A stretch of DNA of 64,000 nt from an uncultured Candidatus Saccharibacteria bacterium (GCA_964590725.1 CAZPWF010000003.1:1649-65648), one strand, 5' to 3'; shown: positions 19,309 to 28,605, counted from the first letter of the stretch. Notes: generated from the sequence alone by a model not told the origin. Program-made: numbers and translations.

Positions 19309-19977
19309 CTAGAATTTCTGGAACTTGTTAAAAGGGAAAACTCGAAACTCTAGTTTTCCAGTGATATCGCTTGAGGATACGGTGCCAAAAGCGCGCGAAT
19401 CTAGTGAATTTGATCGGTTATCTCCAGAGACAAAAACTTCTCCCTCCGGCACAGTAATATCGACATTGCCGTTAGTTGGATAGATTGCATCTCCGTGATC
19501 TTTGCCCTCGTCAGGATTAAATCCGTTAGGGTTTTGCTCATTGTAAATTGTGTATTTACCATCAGCTACAAGAACTCTGTCTCCGGGCAGTCCGATAACA
19601 CGTTTTATAAGCTGCTTGTCGCCAGTAGTGCCTCCTTCATAGATGGAGTGTTTTGTGAATATAATTATATCGTTACGATTTGGTATGTAGTTAACTTTTC
19701 GTAGGTTAGAAATGGTCTTGGGTAACTTCCAAACGATTAGCCTGTCTTTGTTTTGAAGCGTCGTATTCATACTTGGTCCGTCAACTTCGTATGACTGAAA
19801 AACAAAATTAATTAGTAATAATGCTATTAGTGGCGCAAGAATAATGATAGCAATTGTAGAGAGAATACTTTTCCAGCTGTCATTCTTTTTTTGAGGTTCT
19901 TGAAGTGTGGCGTCAGGGACGTACTCTGGCGGTGGCGGGGCCTGGGGGGTTTGTGGTATAGTTGGTTCTTGCTGCAT
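19309..19977 (-). CDS. lepB: signal peptidase I
   Basis: N-terminal TM segment, catalytic Ser box (VDGPSMNTTL), catalytic Lys box (LIKRVIGLPGD), and box E (GDNRSNSLDSR). Confidence 0.88.
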   Translation of the reverse strand: MQQEPTIPQTPQAPPPPEYVPDATLQEPQKKNDSWKSILSTIAIIILAPLIALLLINFVFQSYEVDGPSMNTTLQNKDRLIVWKLPKTISNLRKVNYIPNRNDIIIFTKHSIYEGGTTGDKQLIKRVIGLPGDRVLVADGKYTIYNEQNPNGFNPDEGKDHGDAIYPTNGNVDITVPEGEVFVSGDNRSNSLDSRAFGTVSSSDITGKLEFRVFPFNKFQKF

Positions 19978-20071
19978 TATTCAGAACTAGACTATAAACT
20001 ACTTTGCAGCGAACAACCACAATTTGTTTACGAAAGGCATCAATAAACGTTATACTTAATCTCGTATTTAT

Positions 20072-21739
20072 ATGGATAATTTTAGAAAACATAGAACAAA
20101 TAAGCCGCGAAAAGGAACCCTGGATGGAATGGTAGGCGGTGCCAGTACTGGTCCTCGTAGACCAAAAGCCACTTCTACTAGCAGCATCAAATCTAAGCCT
20201 GATGAGTCAACGCCAATATCTCGGGTTGGTAATTTTAGTAGTTCCGACGGCTTCCATCCTAATAAGCAATCTCAGATTCAGAGCTCTGCCCGAACAGTCG
20301 GCAGGCAACCTCAGAGAAAAGACGACGGAACCATCGAATTACAGTTACCAGATTCTGATGTCGCAAAACACAATAAGAAGCACCGTGCTCATCGTGGTCG
20401 CTCTATTGCAAAGCGTGGCCTAAGTATGGTTATGGTTTTTACGTTACTGTTTAGTGGGTTTGCATTTGGAAAAGCATATTTGAAGTTTGGCCAAGTTTTT
20501 AAGGGTGGTGGAAGTGCTGCTGCACTTGGTGAGAATGTTGACCCATCCAAACTAAAGGGTGAGGGCGATGGTCGTGTAAACATATTGATGCTTGGAAAGG
20601 GTGGCCCTGGACATGAAGCTCCAGATCTGACTGATACCATTATGATTGCAAGTATAAATCCAATTCAAAAAGAGGCGGCGTTATTGAGTATACCGCGTGA
20701 CTTTTATGTTAAAACTGCCGATTACGGTTCGATGAAGATTAATGCAGTCTATGCGAATGGTAAGAACGATGTACTTAACTCGACAAATTCTAACGATCCA
20801 AATCGCGAGAAAAAGGCCGAAGAAGCCGGTCTGAAGGCTATCGAGCAGACAATTGAGGGAACGATCGGCATACCGATTCATTATCACGCTATGGTGGATT
20901 TTACTGGGTTTGAAAAAGCTATTGATACTGTTGACGGAGTTGACGTTAATGCGCCAAGCGAAGTTACGGAAAGTATGTGGATCAAGGGAAGAAATTATAG
21001 ATTAAATGTACAGCCTGGTGTATCGCATTTTGATGGGTTCCGAGCACTAGCATATGCAAGATCTCGTTACACTAGCCCTCGCGGAGATTTCGATCGATCA
21101 GAACGACAGCGTTTGATCTTGGTGGGGCTAAAAGATATGATTTTAACTTTAGGAACTTTAGCTAACCCGCTGAAAGTCAATCAGTTGCTTGGGGATTTTG
21201 GTGATCATGTCGAGACAAACTTATCTGTTGATGAAATGATGCGTTTGTACGAAATAGGAAAAGATATTGATAGTAGCAAAATTAGTTCGGTTGGCTTGGC
21301 AGATCCACCAAATAACTATGTTGTTACATCAATGATCGGCGGCCAGTCAGTAGTTATTCCAAAGGCCGGAATCGGAAACTACAAAGAAATTCAAAATTTT
21401 GTCCGCAACAAGCTAAAGGACGGTTATCTGGCAGATGAAAATGCCACCGTGATGGTGCTTAATGGAACATATACACCTGGCTTGGCCGGTCGAACTGCCG
21501 AAGAATTACAATCTTATGGCTACAACATGATGCCAGCGGCAGATGCGCCAACAAAGGGATACCAAGATACGGTAATAGTCGATCTGCGCAACGGCGAGAA
21601 GAAATACACCAAACGATATTTAGAGCAGAGATTTGGAGTTACTACAGTGCCAAACTTGCCAGACAGTACGATTAATCCAGGAACTGCTGACTTTGTAATA
21701 ATAATTGGACAAAATGAAGTCAGTCGTCTCGAGAATTAA
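20072..21739 (+). CDS. LytR-CpsA-Psr (LCP) family cell-wall polymer transferase with a C-terminal LytR_C-like domain
   Basis: Disordered basic N-terminus and one TM segment (LSMVMVFTLLFSGFAF). The LCP core reads NILMLGKGG...DLTDTIMIASINP...LSIPRDFYV...KINAVYANG...HYHAMVDFTGFEKAIDTVDGVDV...RSRYTSPRGDFDRSERQ. Confidence 0.82.
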   Translation: MDNFRKHRTNKPRKGTLDGMVGGASTGPRRPKATSTSSIKSKPDESTPISRVGNFSSSDGFHPNKQSQIQSSARTVGRQPQRKDDGTIELQLPDSDVAKHNKKHRAHRGRSIAKRGLSMVMVFTLLFSGFAFGKAYLKFGQVFKGGGSAAALGENVDPSKLKGEGDGRVNILMLGKGGPGHEAPDLTDTIMIASINPIQKEAALLSIPRDFYVKTADYGSMKINAVYANGKNDVLNSTNSNDPNREKKAEEAGLKAIEQTIEGTIGIPIHYHAMVDFTGFEKAIDTVDGVDVNAPSEVTESMWIKGRNYRLNVQPGVSHFDGFRALAYARSRYTSPRGDFDRSERQRLILVGLKDMILTLGTLANPLKVNQLLGDFGDHVETNLSVDEMMRLYEIGKDIDSSKISSVGLADPPNNYVVTSMIGGQSVVIPKAGIGNYKEIQNFVRNKLKDGYLADENATVMVLNGTYTPGLAGRTAEELQSYGYNMMPAADAPTKGYQDTVIVDLRNGEKKYTKRYLEQRFGVTTVPNLPDSTINPGTADFVIIIGQNEVSRLEN

Positions 21740-22463
21740 GCCAAAGGGCGGCTTCTCACACATATTTCATATACTATTGACTCTATTGCTGCCGATATCC
21801 ATGTTTGTGCTGGTTCGTATTAATCTGGTGCCAATTGCTGCTGCGCTCATACTCATGAGTAAATGGCGTATGTTTGCAGTTCGTCCCAGGTATTGGCCAG
21901 CGAACATTAGGGCAAATGCTGTTGATTTGATCATAGGTTTTTCGTTGCTTGTGTTTATGTCGAATACGACCGCTATGTCTTGGCAGTTGGCTTGGGCGTT
22001 GGTATATAGCATCTGGCTTATTTACATCAAACCCGGCTCTAGTGTATGGAAAGTTACATTACAAGCTGGGCTAGGCCAATTGTTTGGGCTTATGGCTGTA
22101 TATATGGCTTGGGGTAGTGCTCAAAGCATTGTGCTTGTTATTGCGACTTGGGTAGTTTGTTATGTTTCGGCAAGACATTTCTTTACGGCATTTGATGAGG
22201 AGCGTTCGGCGCTGCTTTCACATTTATGGGGATATTTTGGTGCTGCCACTGCGTGGGTGTTGGCACACTGGCTTCTTTACTATGGATTGCTATCTCAGGT
22301 AACGCTTATTTTGAGTGTGATTGGCTTTGGTTTAGCGGCGCTTTATTATCTTGATCAAACAGATCGTTTATCGCCATTGCTCAGAAGGCAATTTGTATTT
22401 ATTATGATAGCGATAGTGGTAGTGGTTTTGATTTTCTCTGATTGGGGAGACAAGGCCATCTAA
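21705..22463 (+). CDS. hypothetical polytopic membrane protein (about 7 hydrophobic segments)
   Basis: 252-aa ORF, very hydrophobic and Trp-rich. It overlaps the LCP gene end by 35 nt. An alternative start is Met4. I recognise no family. Confidence 0.55.
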   Translation: MDKMKSVVSRIKPKGGFSHIFHILLTLLLPISMFVLVRINLVPIAAALILMSKWRMFAVRPRYWPANIRANAVDLIIGFSLLVFMSNTTAMSWQLAWALVYSIWLIYIKPGSSVWKVTLQAGLGQLFGLMAVYMAWGSAQSIVLVIATWVVCYVSARHFFTAFDEERSALLSHLWGYFGAATAWVLAHWLLYYGLLSQVTLILSVIGFGLAALYYLDQTDRLSPLLRRQFVFIMIAIVVVVLIFSDWGDKAI

Positions 22464-22509
22464 GCTTATTCTCAGCAAAAAACACTGTAATAATGTGCGA
22501 GGAGAAAGA

Positions 22510-23757
22510 ATGCAAGAAACTAAAGAACCAAAAGAGTCTGAATTAACGGATCCAAAAATGGATACAGATAAGCAGGTCGACAAGCCCAAGGAAGTAGCCA
22601 GCAAGAAACCAAACAAAACTGCCCAAATTCTTGGTGTAGTGTTGGTAGTGATTTCTATTGGTTTTATGGGCGGCTGGCTTGGAGCCGGTAGTCGTAGTTA
22701 TCAGCAAAAAATAGACGGCACTATTGAACCGGGCAAAACAACTGTTGTTGCCGAGAGTGATCTTATTAGTAATTTAGCCAAAGAAGTTGGACCTAGTGTC
22801 GTGTCGGTAAATGTAAAAACTCAACGCAATGTTACTAATGTTTTTGGTTCTCAAAATGCATATCAAGAAGAAGGTGCTGGCACCGGATTTATTATTAGCA
22901 AAGAGGGTCTAGTGGCTACAAATCGCCATGTTGTGCCTCGTGGCACCAAAAATGTTTCGGTAACTTTATCCGACGGAACTGAATTAACAGAAGTCGAGGT
23001 TGTTGGCAGAACGCTTGATAGCGATCCATTGGACGTGGCATTTTTGAAGATTAAGGATGCCAAGGGCAAGGAACTCAAGCCAGCCAAAATAGGCGACTCA
23101 GCTAAAATGCGTGTTGGTGATAAGGTTATTGCGATTGGCAATGCGTTAGGACAATTTCAAAACACTGTAACTAGCGGAATAATTTCTGGCTATGGTCGTC
23201 AAATCCAAGCCTATGATGGCGACGGAACTGGCGGTGAGACGTTACAAAATCTATTTCAGACAGATGCAGCTATAAATCAAGGCAACTCCGGTGGTCCACT
23301 AGTAAATATGAATGGTGAAGTAATTGGAATCAATACTGCGGTTGCTGGGGGTGGGGCTGAAAATATTGGATTCTCTATTCCTGTAAACGACGTAAGCGGC
23401 ATGATTAAGGGTGTTCTGGAAAAGGGAAAACTCGAGAGGCCTTATCTTGGTATACGCTACCTTGAACTAACAGATGACTATGCAAACCAGTTAGGTATAG
23501 ACCAAAAACGTGGTGCATACATCATGCCGAGTACTAATGGGCAGGCTGCTATCTTACCGGGCAGCCCAGCAGAAAAGGCTGGTCTAAAGGAAAAAGACGT
23601 TATTGTTAAGGTCGGATCAGATACGGTTGATGAAAATAACAGCCTAACTTCTTTACTGCAAAAGCGCGCGGTCGGCGAATCAGTAGATCTAACAATAATT
23701 CGTGACGGTCAAGAACAGAAAATCAAAGCTACCTTGGAAGCCGCTCCTCAGAACTAA
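22510..23757 (+). CDS. htrA: HtrA/DegP-family (S1C) serine protease with a PDZ domain
   Basis: I chose the ATG at 22510 because gaggag lies 8 nt upstream; the ORF track starts at 22495. N-terminal TM segment. The catalytic triad context is TNRHVV ... D ... GNSGGPLVN, and the C-terminal PDZ contains GSPAEKAGLKEKDVIVKVG. Confidence 0.88.
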   Translation: MQETKEPKESELTDPKMDTDKQVDKPKEVASKKPNKTAQILGVVLVVISIGFMGGWLGAGSRSYQQKIDGTIEPGKTTVVAESDLISNLAKEVGPSVVSVNVKTQRNVTNVFGSQNAYQEEGAGTGFIISKEGLVATNRHVVPRGTKNVSVTLSDGTELTEVEVVGRTLDSDPLDVAFLKIKDAKGKELKPAKIGDSAKMRVGDKVIAIGNALGQFQNTVTSGIISGYGRQIQAYDGDGTGGETLQNLFQTDAAINQGNSGGPLVNMNGEVIGINTAVAGGGAENIGFSIPVNDVSGMIKGVLEKGKLERPYLGIRYLELTDDYANQLGIDQKRGAYIMPSTNGQAAILPGSPAEKAGLKEKDVIVKVGSDTVDENNSLTSLLQKRAVGESVDLTIIRDGQEQKIKATLEAAPQN

Positions 23758-23758
23758 C
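23714..23758 (+). repeat. left copy of a 45-bp direct repeat (functional 3' end of htrA)
   Basis: aacagaaaatcaaagctaccttggaagccgctcctcagaactaac encodes QKIKATLEAAPQN*. Confidence 0.85.
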
Positions 23759-24347
23759 CAGCGTTTGAGATTGCAAGTTCACCACTTTTAGCTCTGATCT
23801 TCATAATACGTTTTTCAAGGACTTCTTGAACGCGCAGTATGTCTGGCGAAAATAGTCTATCTCGAATAGTGGTGTAGGGTGCAGATATTTCCCATTGTCC
23901 TTGTCTCTCGAACCCAATTCGCTCAGCTATTCTTGCCATAGCATCGTTAGTACTACCAGCTAAACGATCCGGAGGTTCAATGAAACCCGCCTCGGCAAGT
24001 ATTGCGAAATCTTGAAATGCAATCAATCCTCGCAAGGCAATTGTTGTAGACTCTCCTCGCTGTGGCAATGTAGCGCCTCGGTTTTTCTCAGTCCTAGGAA
24101 GGTAATCAACTTTGCTGGTTGTTGTGCCGTAATCGTCGGTGTTTGGTTTGTGTATGAATAGTCGACTCTCATTGAATGATGTTGGCTTGAAGCCAGTCAA
24201 GGTAGACTTCTCTAAACATTCAAGTGCCGTATTGTTTAGTGTAGACAACCTATCAGAACTTACTTCTATTCCGAGAGCTTCAATGGTCTCTGTCAACTTA
24301 GTAGAAGGATCATTAATTTCTGCGTTAATTGTTTTTGTTTCGGACAT
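23754..24347 (-). CDS. hypothetical protein (197 aa), cargo of the htrA-3' insertion
   Basis: Start moved to Met25 of the tracked ORF (MSETKTINAE..., aaagg upstream), because the first 24 tracked codons (MVFFKLYIDYSVCLCYY...) look like AT-rich intergenic read-through. No TM segment and no recognisable motif. Its stop overlaps the htrA stop by 3 nt (the annotated CDS ends overlap by 4 nt). Confidence 0.55.
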   Translation of the reverse strand: MSETKTINAEINDPSTKLTETIEALGIEVSSDRLSTLNNTALECLEKSTLTGFKPTSFNESRLFIHKPNTDDYGTTTSKVDYLPRTEKNRGATLPQRGESTTIALRGLIAFQDFAILAEAGFIEPPDRLAGSTNDAMARIAERIGFERQGQWEISAPYTTIRDRLFSPDILRVQEVLEKRIMKIRAKSGELAISNAG

Positions 24348-25272
24348 TTTATTGATTACCTTTGGATTATAATAACATAAACATACACTATAATCAATAT
24401 ATAATTTGAAAAAGACCAAATATTGTGATATACTATAAATACTAAAGTAAAAAAATAAAAATGTCAGAAATAGATCCTTTTAATCAGCCCAGCCCAGAAG
24501 CAATTCGTCGCCACGAACAGTATGACGCTAATGTAGAAATGCTTGAGACTGCTGAGCTTGGCGTTGTTTTGGAGCGTGCTTATAGGGAAGCGGTAAAAGT
24601 TGACCCCAGGTTAGGTGATATCGAAGTTATTCCTCTTGATCAAGAAAGCCACAAGGCAGCTTTTGCTAGACCTTCTTGGCATCCTGAAGCAAACGGTAAA
24701 AGTTCGATTCATATTAGACTAGATAATCTGGACGAAACTTTAGATCGCTACCAAGGATACATGGATCAAATACCTGGTGTGCGCGAAATATTCGGTGAAC
24801 AGCTTGGTGTCGAACCGCAGCTAGTAACCCCTCAATTATTATATGTACAGTCTGTATTGCACGAAATGGGGCATCTGACAGAATATATGGATTACGAAGA
24901 CAATCCGGGTGAGTTGGTTAAACGTAACAAACAAGAAAAAGCAGCGCTTCCTATAGGTAATGCAACTGTGTCTGCAATATTGGATCCCAGTACCCCAGCC
25001 AGAAAATTTGTTGATGACAGGTGGGGGGACATTAGCCAGAAACTCCAAGTTGGCTCAATTGACGAGCTTGCAGAGATGCAACACGCTGCCTACCGATCCA
25101 CGACATCAGAGAAGATTGCAGATGATTTTGCAGCTGAAGTGCTACAAAGTAATCAAATGTTGAAAGATGAATTGGTAATGGGTAATGTCGAGGATATAAA
25201 AAATTATCCATATGCTGCGTAATATATACTTACGGAAGTAGTAAGCGGGCCACTACATTGCGAATATTAAAT
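23759..25272. other. 1.5-kb inserted segment between the two htrA-3' repeats (two divergent cargo genes, no recombinase)
   Basis: Defined by the flanking 45-bp imperfect direct repeats. It contains only the 197-aa and HExxH 253-aa genes. Confidence 0.6.
24461..25222 (+). CDS. hypothetical protein with an HExxH motif (putative zinc metallopeptidase-like)
   Basis: 253-aa ORF, acidic, with no TM segment. It has a single HEMGH (SVLHEMGHLTEY). It is divergent from the 23754-24347 gene across a 113-nt AT-rich spacer that contains tgatatact (an extended -10-like element). The family is not recognised. Confidence 0.6.
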   Translation: MSEIDPFNQPSPEAIRRHEQYDANVEMLETAELGVVLERAYREAVKVDPRLGDIEVIPLDQESHKAAFARPSWHPEANGKSSIHIRLDNLDETLDRYQGYMDQIPGVREIFGEQLGVEPQLVTPQLLYVQSVLHEMGHLTEYMDYEDNPGELVKRNKQEKAALPIGNATVSAILDPSTPARKFVDDRWGDISQKLQVGSIDELAEMQHAAYRSTTSEKIADDFAAEVLQSNQMLKDELVMGNVEDIKNYPYAA

Positions 25273-25317
25273 AACAGAAAATCAAAGCCACGCTGGAAGC
25301 TGCTTCTCAGAACTAAC
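25273..25317 (+). repeat. right copy of the 45-bp direct repeat (orphan htrA 3'-end relic)
   Basis: aacagaaaatcaaagccacgctggaagctgcttctcagaactaac is 40/45 identical to 23714-23758. In the same frame it encodes QKIKATLEAASQN*. Four of the five differences are synonymous. Confidence 0.85.
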
Positions 25318-25368
25318 GAAAAGTTAATAGCTTGTGGTTATCGTTGTTTAATCTGGTAGAATCATTTT

Positions 25369-25644
25369 GTGTCAGATTTAATTGAAAAAATATTCCCGGC
25401 AGAACAATGTTTGTCAGATGAAGTCATTGCACTTGCAGAGAATTTGACGGAAATTTGCTTAGTCGACTTTTTTAGGATCCATGGCCCAGCCTATTATGGA
25501 TACGGGTTGGGTTCTCAGACGTATACCGAGTCGCCGTTCACCCTTACATACAGTGATGTTCAAGTACAAGGAATTAACTATGAAGCATTGGGTAGTTTTA
25601 GTATTGAGATGGCTGAGTTACGTCAAAAACTATTAGAAAAGTAG
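25369..25644 (+). CDS. hypothetical small protein (91 aa)
   Basis: GTG start 6 nt after the extended -10-like ctggtagaat. The ORF is convergent with prmC and overlaps it by 12 nt. No recognisable motif. Confidence 0.45.
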   Translation: MSDLIEKIFPAEQCLSDEVIALAENLTEICLVDFFRIHGPAYYGYGLGSQTYTESPFTLTYSDVQVQGINYEALGSFSIEMAELRQKLLEK

Positions 25645-26451
25645 TGCGAATAGTTGGATAAAATCGTCTTCTTGTTGTTGATGATAGCCTGACTTTTTAG
25701 CGATTGCAGCTAAATCTATTTGCTGGTTGGGTAGGGATTCGGTAATAATATATGTTGGCTTATTGTGAAGAGTGTCAATTTGCGTAAACATATTTCGGTA
25801 AAGGTCCAATCCGTCTTTGCCGCCGAAAATAGCATGGGTAGGTTCGAACATTGCCGCTTTGTTTACAGTATGACCATCGGGAACGTAAGGCAGGTTAGCA
25901 ATGACGACCCAATTAACTTTGATCTCCTCCAAAAATGGTTCGAGTAGGTTACCTTGGCGAAAATCTATACTAACATTGTGTTTTTCTGCATTAGCTTTGG
26001 CCGTACGGATACATTTTTCATCAATGTCAGTTCCAATGACTTGAATTTGAGTAAATTCAAGCTTAGCAGTTATTGCTATCGCACCAGAACCAGTTCCGGC
26101 GTCAATCGCTGTTTCTATTGAAGATAGGTCGAGAGTCTTTAGTAGTTCGATCATAGTCTCAGTCTCTGGGCGGGGCTCTAGTGTGTGTTTATTGATTATG
26201 AATTCTCGACCATAAAACTCACTTTTACCACGAATGTAGGCAAGGGGTTCGTGATCGCATCTTCGTTTAATTTGTTCATTGAGTATCTCCAGGGTTGGTC
26301 CTTGGATTGTATATTCTGGGTGTGCAAGCAACCAGGCACGATCTTTACCTGTAGCATCTTCCAATAGGACCAGTGCGTCTAGCCTCGCTGTTGATATATA
26401 ATTTGTTTCTAATATGTCTGTAGATTGCTGGAGAAAATCAGAAAGAGTCAT
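25633..26451 (-). CDS. prmC: release factor glutamine N5-methyltransferase PrmC/HemK
   Basis: EPLAYIRGKSEFYGREF, SAM motif (IDAGTGSGAIAI), and the catalytic NPPY variant (IANLPYVP). Confidence 0.87.
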   Translation of the reverse strand: MTLSDFLQQSTDILETNYISTARLDALVLLEDATGKDRAWLLAHPEYTIQGPTLEILNEQIKRRCDHEPLAYIRGKSEFYGREFIINKHTLEPRPETETMIELLKTLDLSSIETAIDAGTGSGAIAITAKLEFTQIQVIGTDIDEKCIRTAKANAEKHNVSIDFRQGNLLEPFLEEIKVNWVVIANLPYVPDGHTVNKAAMFEPTHAIFGGKDGLDLYRNMFTQIDTLHNKPTYIITESLPNQQIDLAAIAKKSGYHQQQEDDFIQLFALLF

Positions 26452-26458
26452 TGTGTAG

Positions 26459-26467
26459 AGTATAACA
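26459..26467 (-). promoter_or_regulatory. extended -10 TGtTATACT, 7 nt before the prmC ATG (minus strand)
   Basis: The minus strand reads tgttatact, then ctacaca, then ATG (26451). Confidence 0.5.
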
Positions 26468-26567
26468 TCTTAGAGTGTTACACATAATTGACAAAATAGC
26501 ATAAGCATGCTAGTATACGTTCGTAATGTATCAATAAAATATACAAAAATATAAAAGGAAATTAACA

Positions 26568-27035
26568 ATGAACGATCAAATGCCAATTCCAAAACCTGAC
26601 GGACAAGATGAATTATATAGACAACCGGCTGTAATTACCCCAGGAGAAGTCACGGTTGGTCAGCACTATTTTGAAGAAAATAGAGATGAAGTAAATAAAC
26701 CAAAACCTCAGTCATCTGAAGCAGGAGATAAGCCACCCGATGAGCCAAATGATAAGAATGAATACAATTTAGCATATTCATCTAAAGGGATAGACAAGCA
26801 GAATTTATTAACCCCAGATGTGCTTAAGGTGCCCGAAATGCAAAATCTCGGAAATGTCGGAATAGAAGCGTTTGTAGATGTTAAGACATTTAAACCCCAG
26901 ATATCTGAAGAAGTTAAGGTACCAAAGGATGACTTACATGTATCTGAGGATCTGGCAGAAATTCTCGGTATCGGAGCTTCTGATAATGGGATGAAAGATG
27001 ACGGCGCTAAAGAAAAATTGCCCCCTAAACAGTAA
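26568..27035 (+). CDS. hypothetical acidic, Pro/Lys/Asp-rich protein (155 aa)
   Basis: aaagga Shine-Dalgarno 8 nt upstream. Low-complexity and disorder-like composition, no TM segment. It lies on the opposite strand between prfA and prmC. Confidence 0.5.
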   Translation: MNDQMPIPKPDGQDELYRQPAVITPGEVTVGQHYFEENRDEVNKPKPQSSEAGDKPPDEPNDKNEYNLAYSSKGIDKQNLLTPDVLKVPEMQNLGNVGIEAFVDVKTFKPQISEEVKVPKDDLHVSEDLAEILGIGASDNGMKDDGAKEKLPPKQ

Positions 27036-27044
27036 GCTAATAAT

Positions 27045-28097
27045 CTAGGCTTGGCTTAGTAGCTCATGTTCTGCGGCGAGGAGTTGTTCGATAATATCGT
27101 CTATATCGCCAGTCAGAGCCGTAGGAATGTTACTGCGTGAATAACCAATTCTATGATCGGTAATACGGTCCTGAGGGAAATTATAAGTACGGATTTTTTC
27201 ACTGCGATCACCCGAACCGATTAACTTTTTACGCGCATCAGATGATTGTTTCTGTTCTTCCTCAATTTTTTGCGCTAAAAGCCTAGAACGCAGTACTCCC
27301 ATAGCTTTGTCTTTGTTCTTGATCTGAGACTTTTCGTCCTGGCATGTAACTACGAGACCAGATGGTATATGCGTGATTCGCACGGCAGAGTCAGTGGTGT
27401 TGACTGACTGGCCGCCGTGACCACTAGAGCGGTAAACGTCGATACGCAAATCGTTTGCGCTAATCTCTATGTCGGTTTCTTCAGCTTCTGGTAATACCGA
27501 TACAGTAACCGTACTGGTATGAATACGCCCTTGAGATTCGGTTACCGGAACGCGTTGTACGCGGTGCACACCGGCTTCAAATTTTAGGTATTTGTATGCT
27601 TCGTCGCCCCGAACCGCAAAAATAACTTCTTTGAACCCTCCGGCGTCACTGGGGCTTTCGCTGATCAGCTCTATCTTATAGTCATGATTTTCTGTCCAGC
27701 GAGCATACATGCGATACAGTTCGCCCGCAAATAGGCTGGCTTCGTCGCCACCAGCAGCAGCTCTAATTTCTACAATCACGTCTCGATCGTTATTGGGATC
27801 GGCGGGTGTAAGTATTTCAGTTAGTTGCGCTTGTAGAGTTGATAATTTTGATTCGTTTTCGGATACTTCTAGTCGCGCCATTTCACCGAGCTCATCATTA
27901 CTTTGTGCAAGTTCTCGTGCACTAACCAAATCGTCGTTCAGCTTGTTAATTTTATCGAATAATTCAAGCGTGCCTTCTATTTGTTTTTGTCTTTTGGCTA
28001 GTTTGGGGTATTCCTTGGATGAAAAGATAGACGGATCTTCCAGTCTTGTCTGCAGATCTTCTAGCTCTTTTCTGAGTGTTGCTTCTTTTTCGTTCAT
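27045..28097 (-). CDS. prfA: peptide chain release factor 1
   Basis: GGQ loop ([23 protein letters not shown]) and the RF1-type PxT tripeptide ([14 protein letters not shown]). 350 aa, with gagga upstream. Confidence 0.95.
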   Translation of the reverse strand: MNEKEATLRKELEDLQTRLEDPSIFSSKEYPKLAKRQKQIEGTLELFDKINKLNDDLVSARELAQSNDELGEMARLEVSENESKLSTLQAQLTEILTPADPNNDRDVIVEIRAAAGGDEASLFAGELYRMYARWTENHDYKIELISESPSDAGGFKEVIFAVRGDEAYKYLKFEAGVHRVQRVPVTESQGRIHTSTVTVSVLPEAEETDIEISANDLRIDVYRSSGHGGQSVNTTDSAVRITHIPSGLVVTCQDEKSQIKNKDKAMGVLRSRLLAQKIEEEQKQSSDARKKLIGSGDRSEKIRTYNFPQDRITDHRIGYSRSNIPTALTGDIDDIIEQLLAAEHELLSQA

Positions 28098-28120
28098 ACC
28101 ATGTCCTCGATTAAGTATAC

Positions 28121-28155
28121 AAATAAAAAACCATCAAACATAAATTTGATGGTTT
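28121..28155 (-). terminator. rho-independent terminator after rpmE
   Basis: On the minus strand an 11-bp perfect stem (aaaccatcaaa/tttgatggttt, 28128-28155, 6-nt loop) is followed by TTTTTTATTT (plus-strand aaataaaaaa, 28121-28130). It begins 14 nt downstream of the rpmE stop. Confidence 0.8.
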
Positions 28156-28168
28156 AATTTAAATCTAG

Positions 28169-28525
28169 TTAACGCTTTGATGTTTTGAGTGTACCCATTT
28201 TTTGGGTTTCTGACTCGTAGTCTTTGTCGACTTTTGTGCGTGTTTTCGTAGCTGATTTCTTCATTGCTTCAGCACGAGCTTTGGCAGCTTCTTGACGAGC
28301 CTTGAACTTATCTACACGACCTTCGATGTCGATCATCTTTTCTTGCCCAGTAAAGAATGGGTGAGAAGCGCTAGAAATGTGAACTTTAACTAGAGGGTAT
28401 TCAACACCATCAAGTTTAATGGTGTCTTCAGTAGCGACAGTAGATTTGGTCAAGAACGTCTGATTATTGTTCAGGTCCTGGAAAACCACTGGTCGGTAGT
28501 TAGTTGGATGTATATCTTTCTTCAT
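28169..28525 (-). CDS. rpmE: 50S ribosomal protein L31 (type B, no Cys motif) with a Lys-rich C-terminal extension
   Basis: True start at [17 protein letters not shown] (Met20 of the tracked ORF), and a TTGACC-N17-TATAAT promoter lies inside the tracked N-terminal extension. The core contains [10 protein letters not shown]. The ~40-aa tail reads [25 protein letters not shown]... Confidence 0.9.
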   Translation of the reverse strand: MKKDIHPTNYRPVVFQDLNNNQTFLTKSTVATEDTIKLDGVEYPLVKVHISSASHPFFTGQEKMIDIEGRVDKFKARQEAAKARAEAMKKSATKTRTKVDKDYESETQKMGTLKTSKR

Positions 28526-28537
28526 AGTCAAGGCGTG

Positions 28538-28566
28538 ATTATACACATCTGTTGGTATCTGGTCAA
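28538..28566 (-). promoter_or_regulatory. sigma70-like promoter TTGACC-N17-TATAAT for rpmE (minus strand)
   Basis: The minus strand reads ttgacc (28566-28561), then 17 nt, then tataat (28543-28538), then 12 nt, then ATG at 28525. Confidence 0.55.
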
Positions 28567-28596
28567 GACAATTAGCTTGCAACAGATGACGCCATC

Positions 28597-28605
28597 TGTT
28601 AAAAT
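28597..28605 (+). promoter_or_regulatory. extended -10 TGtTAAAAT for rpsB, giving a ~95-nt 5' leader
   Basis: tgttaaaat lies back-to-back with the rpmE promoter, and the rpsB ATG is at 28708. Confidence 0.4.

Noticed and set aside
27709-28143. A plus-strand 144-aa Ser-rich ORF.
   Set aside because: It is entirely antisense to the well-supported prfA gene and has low-complexity composition.
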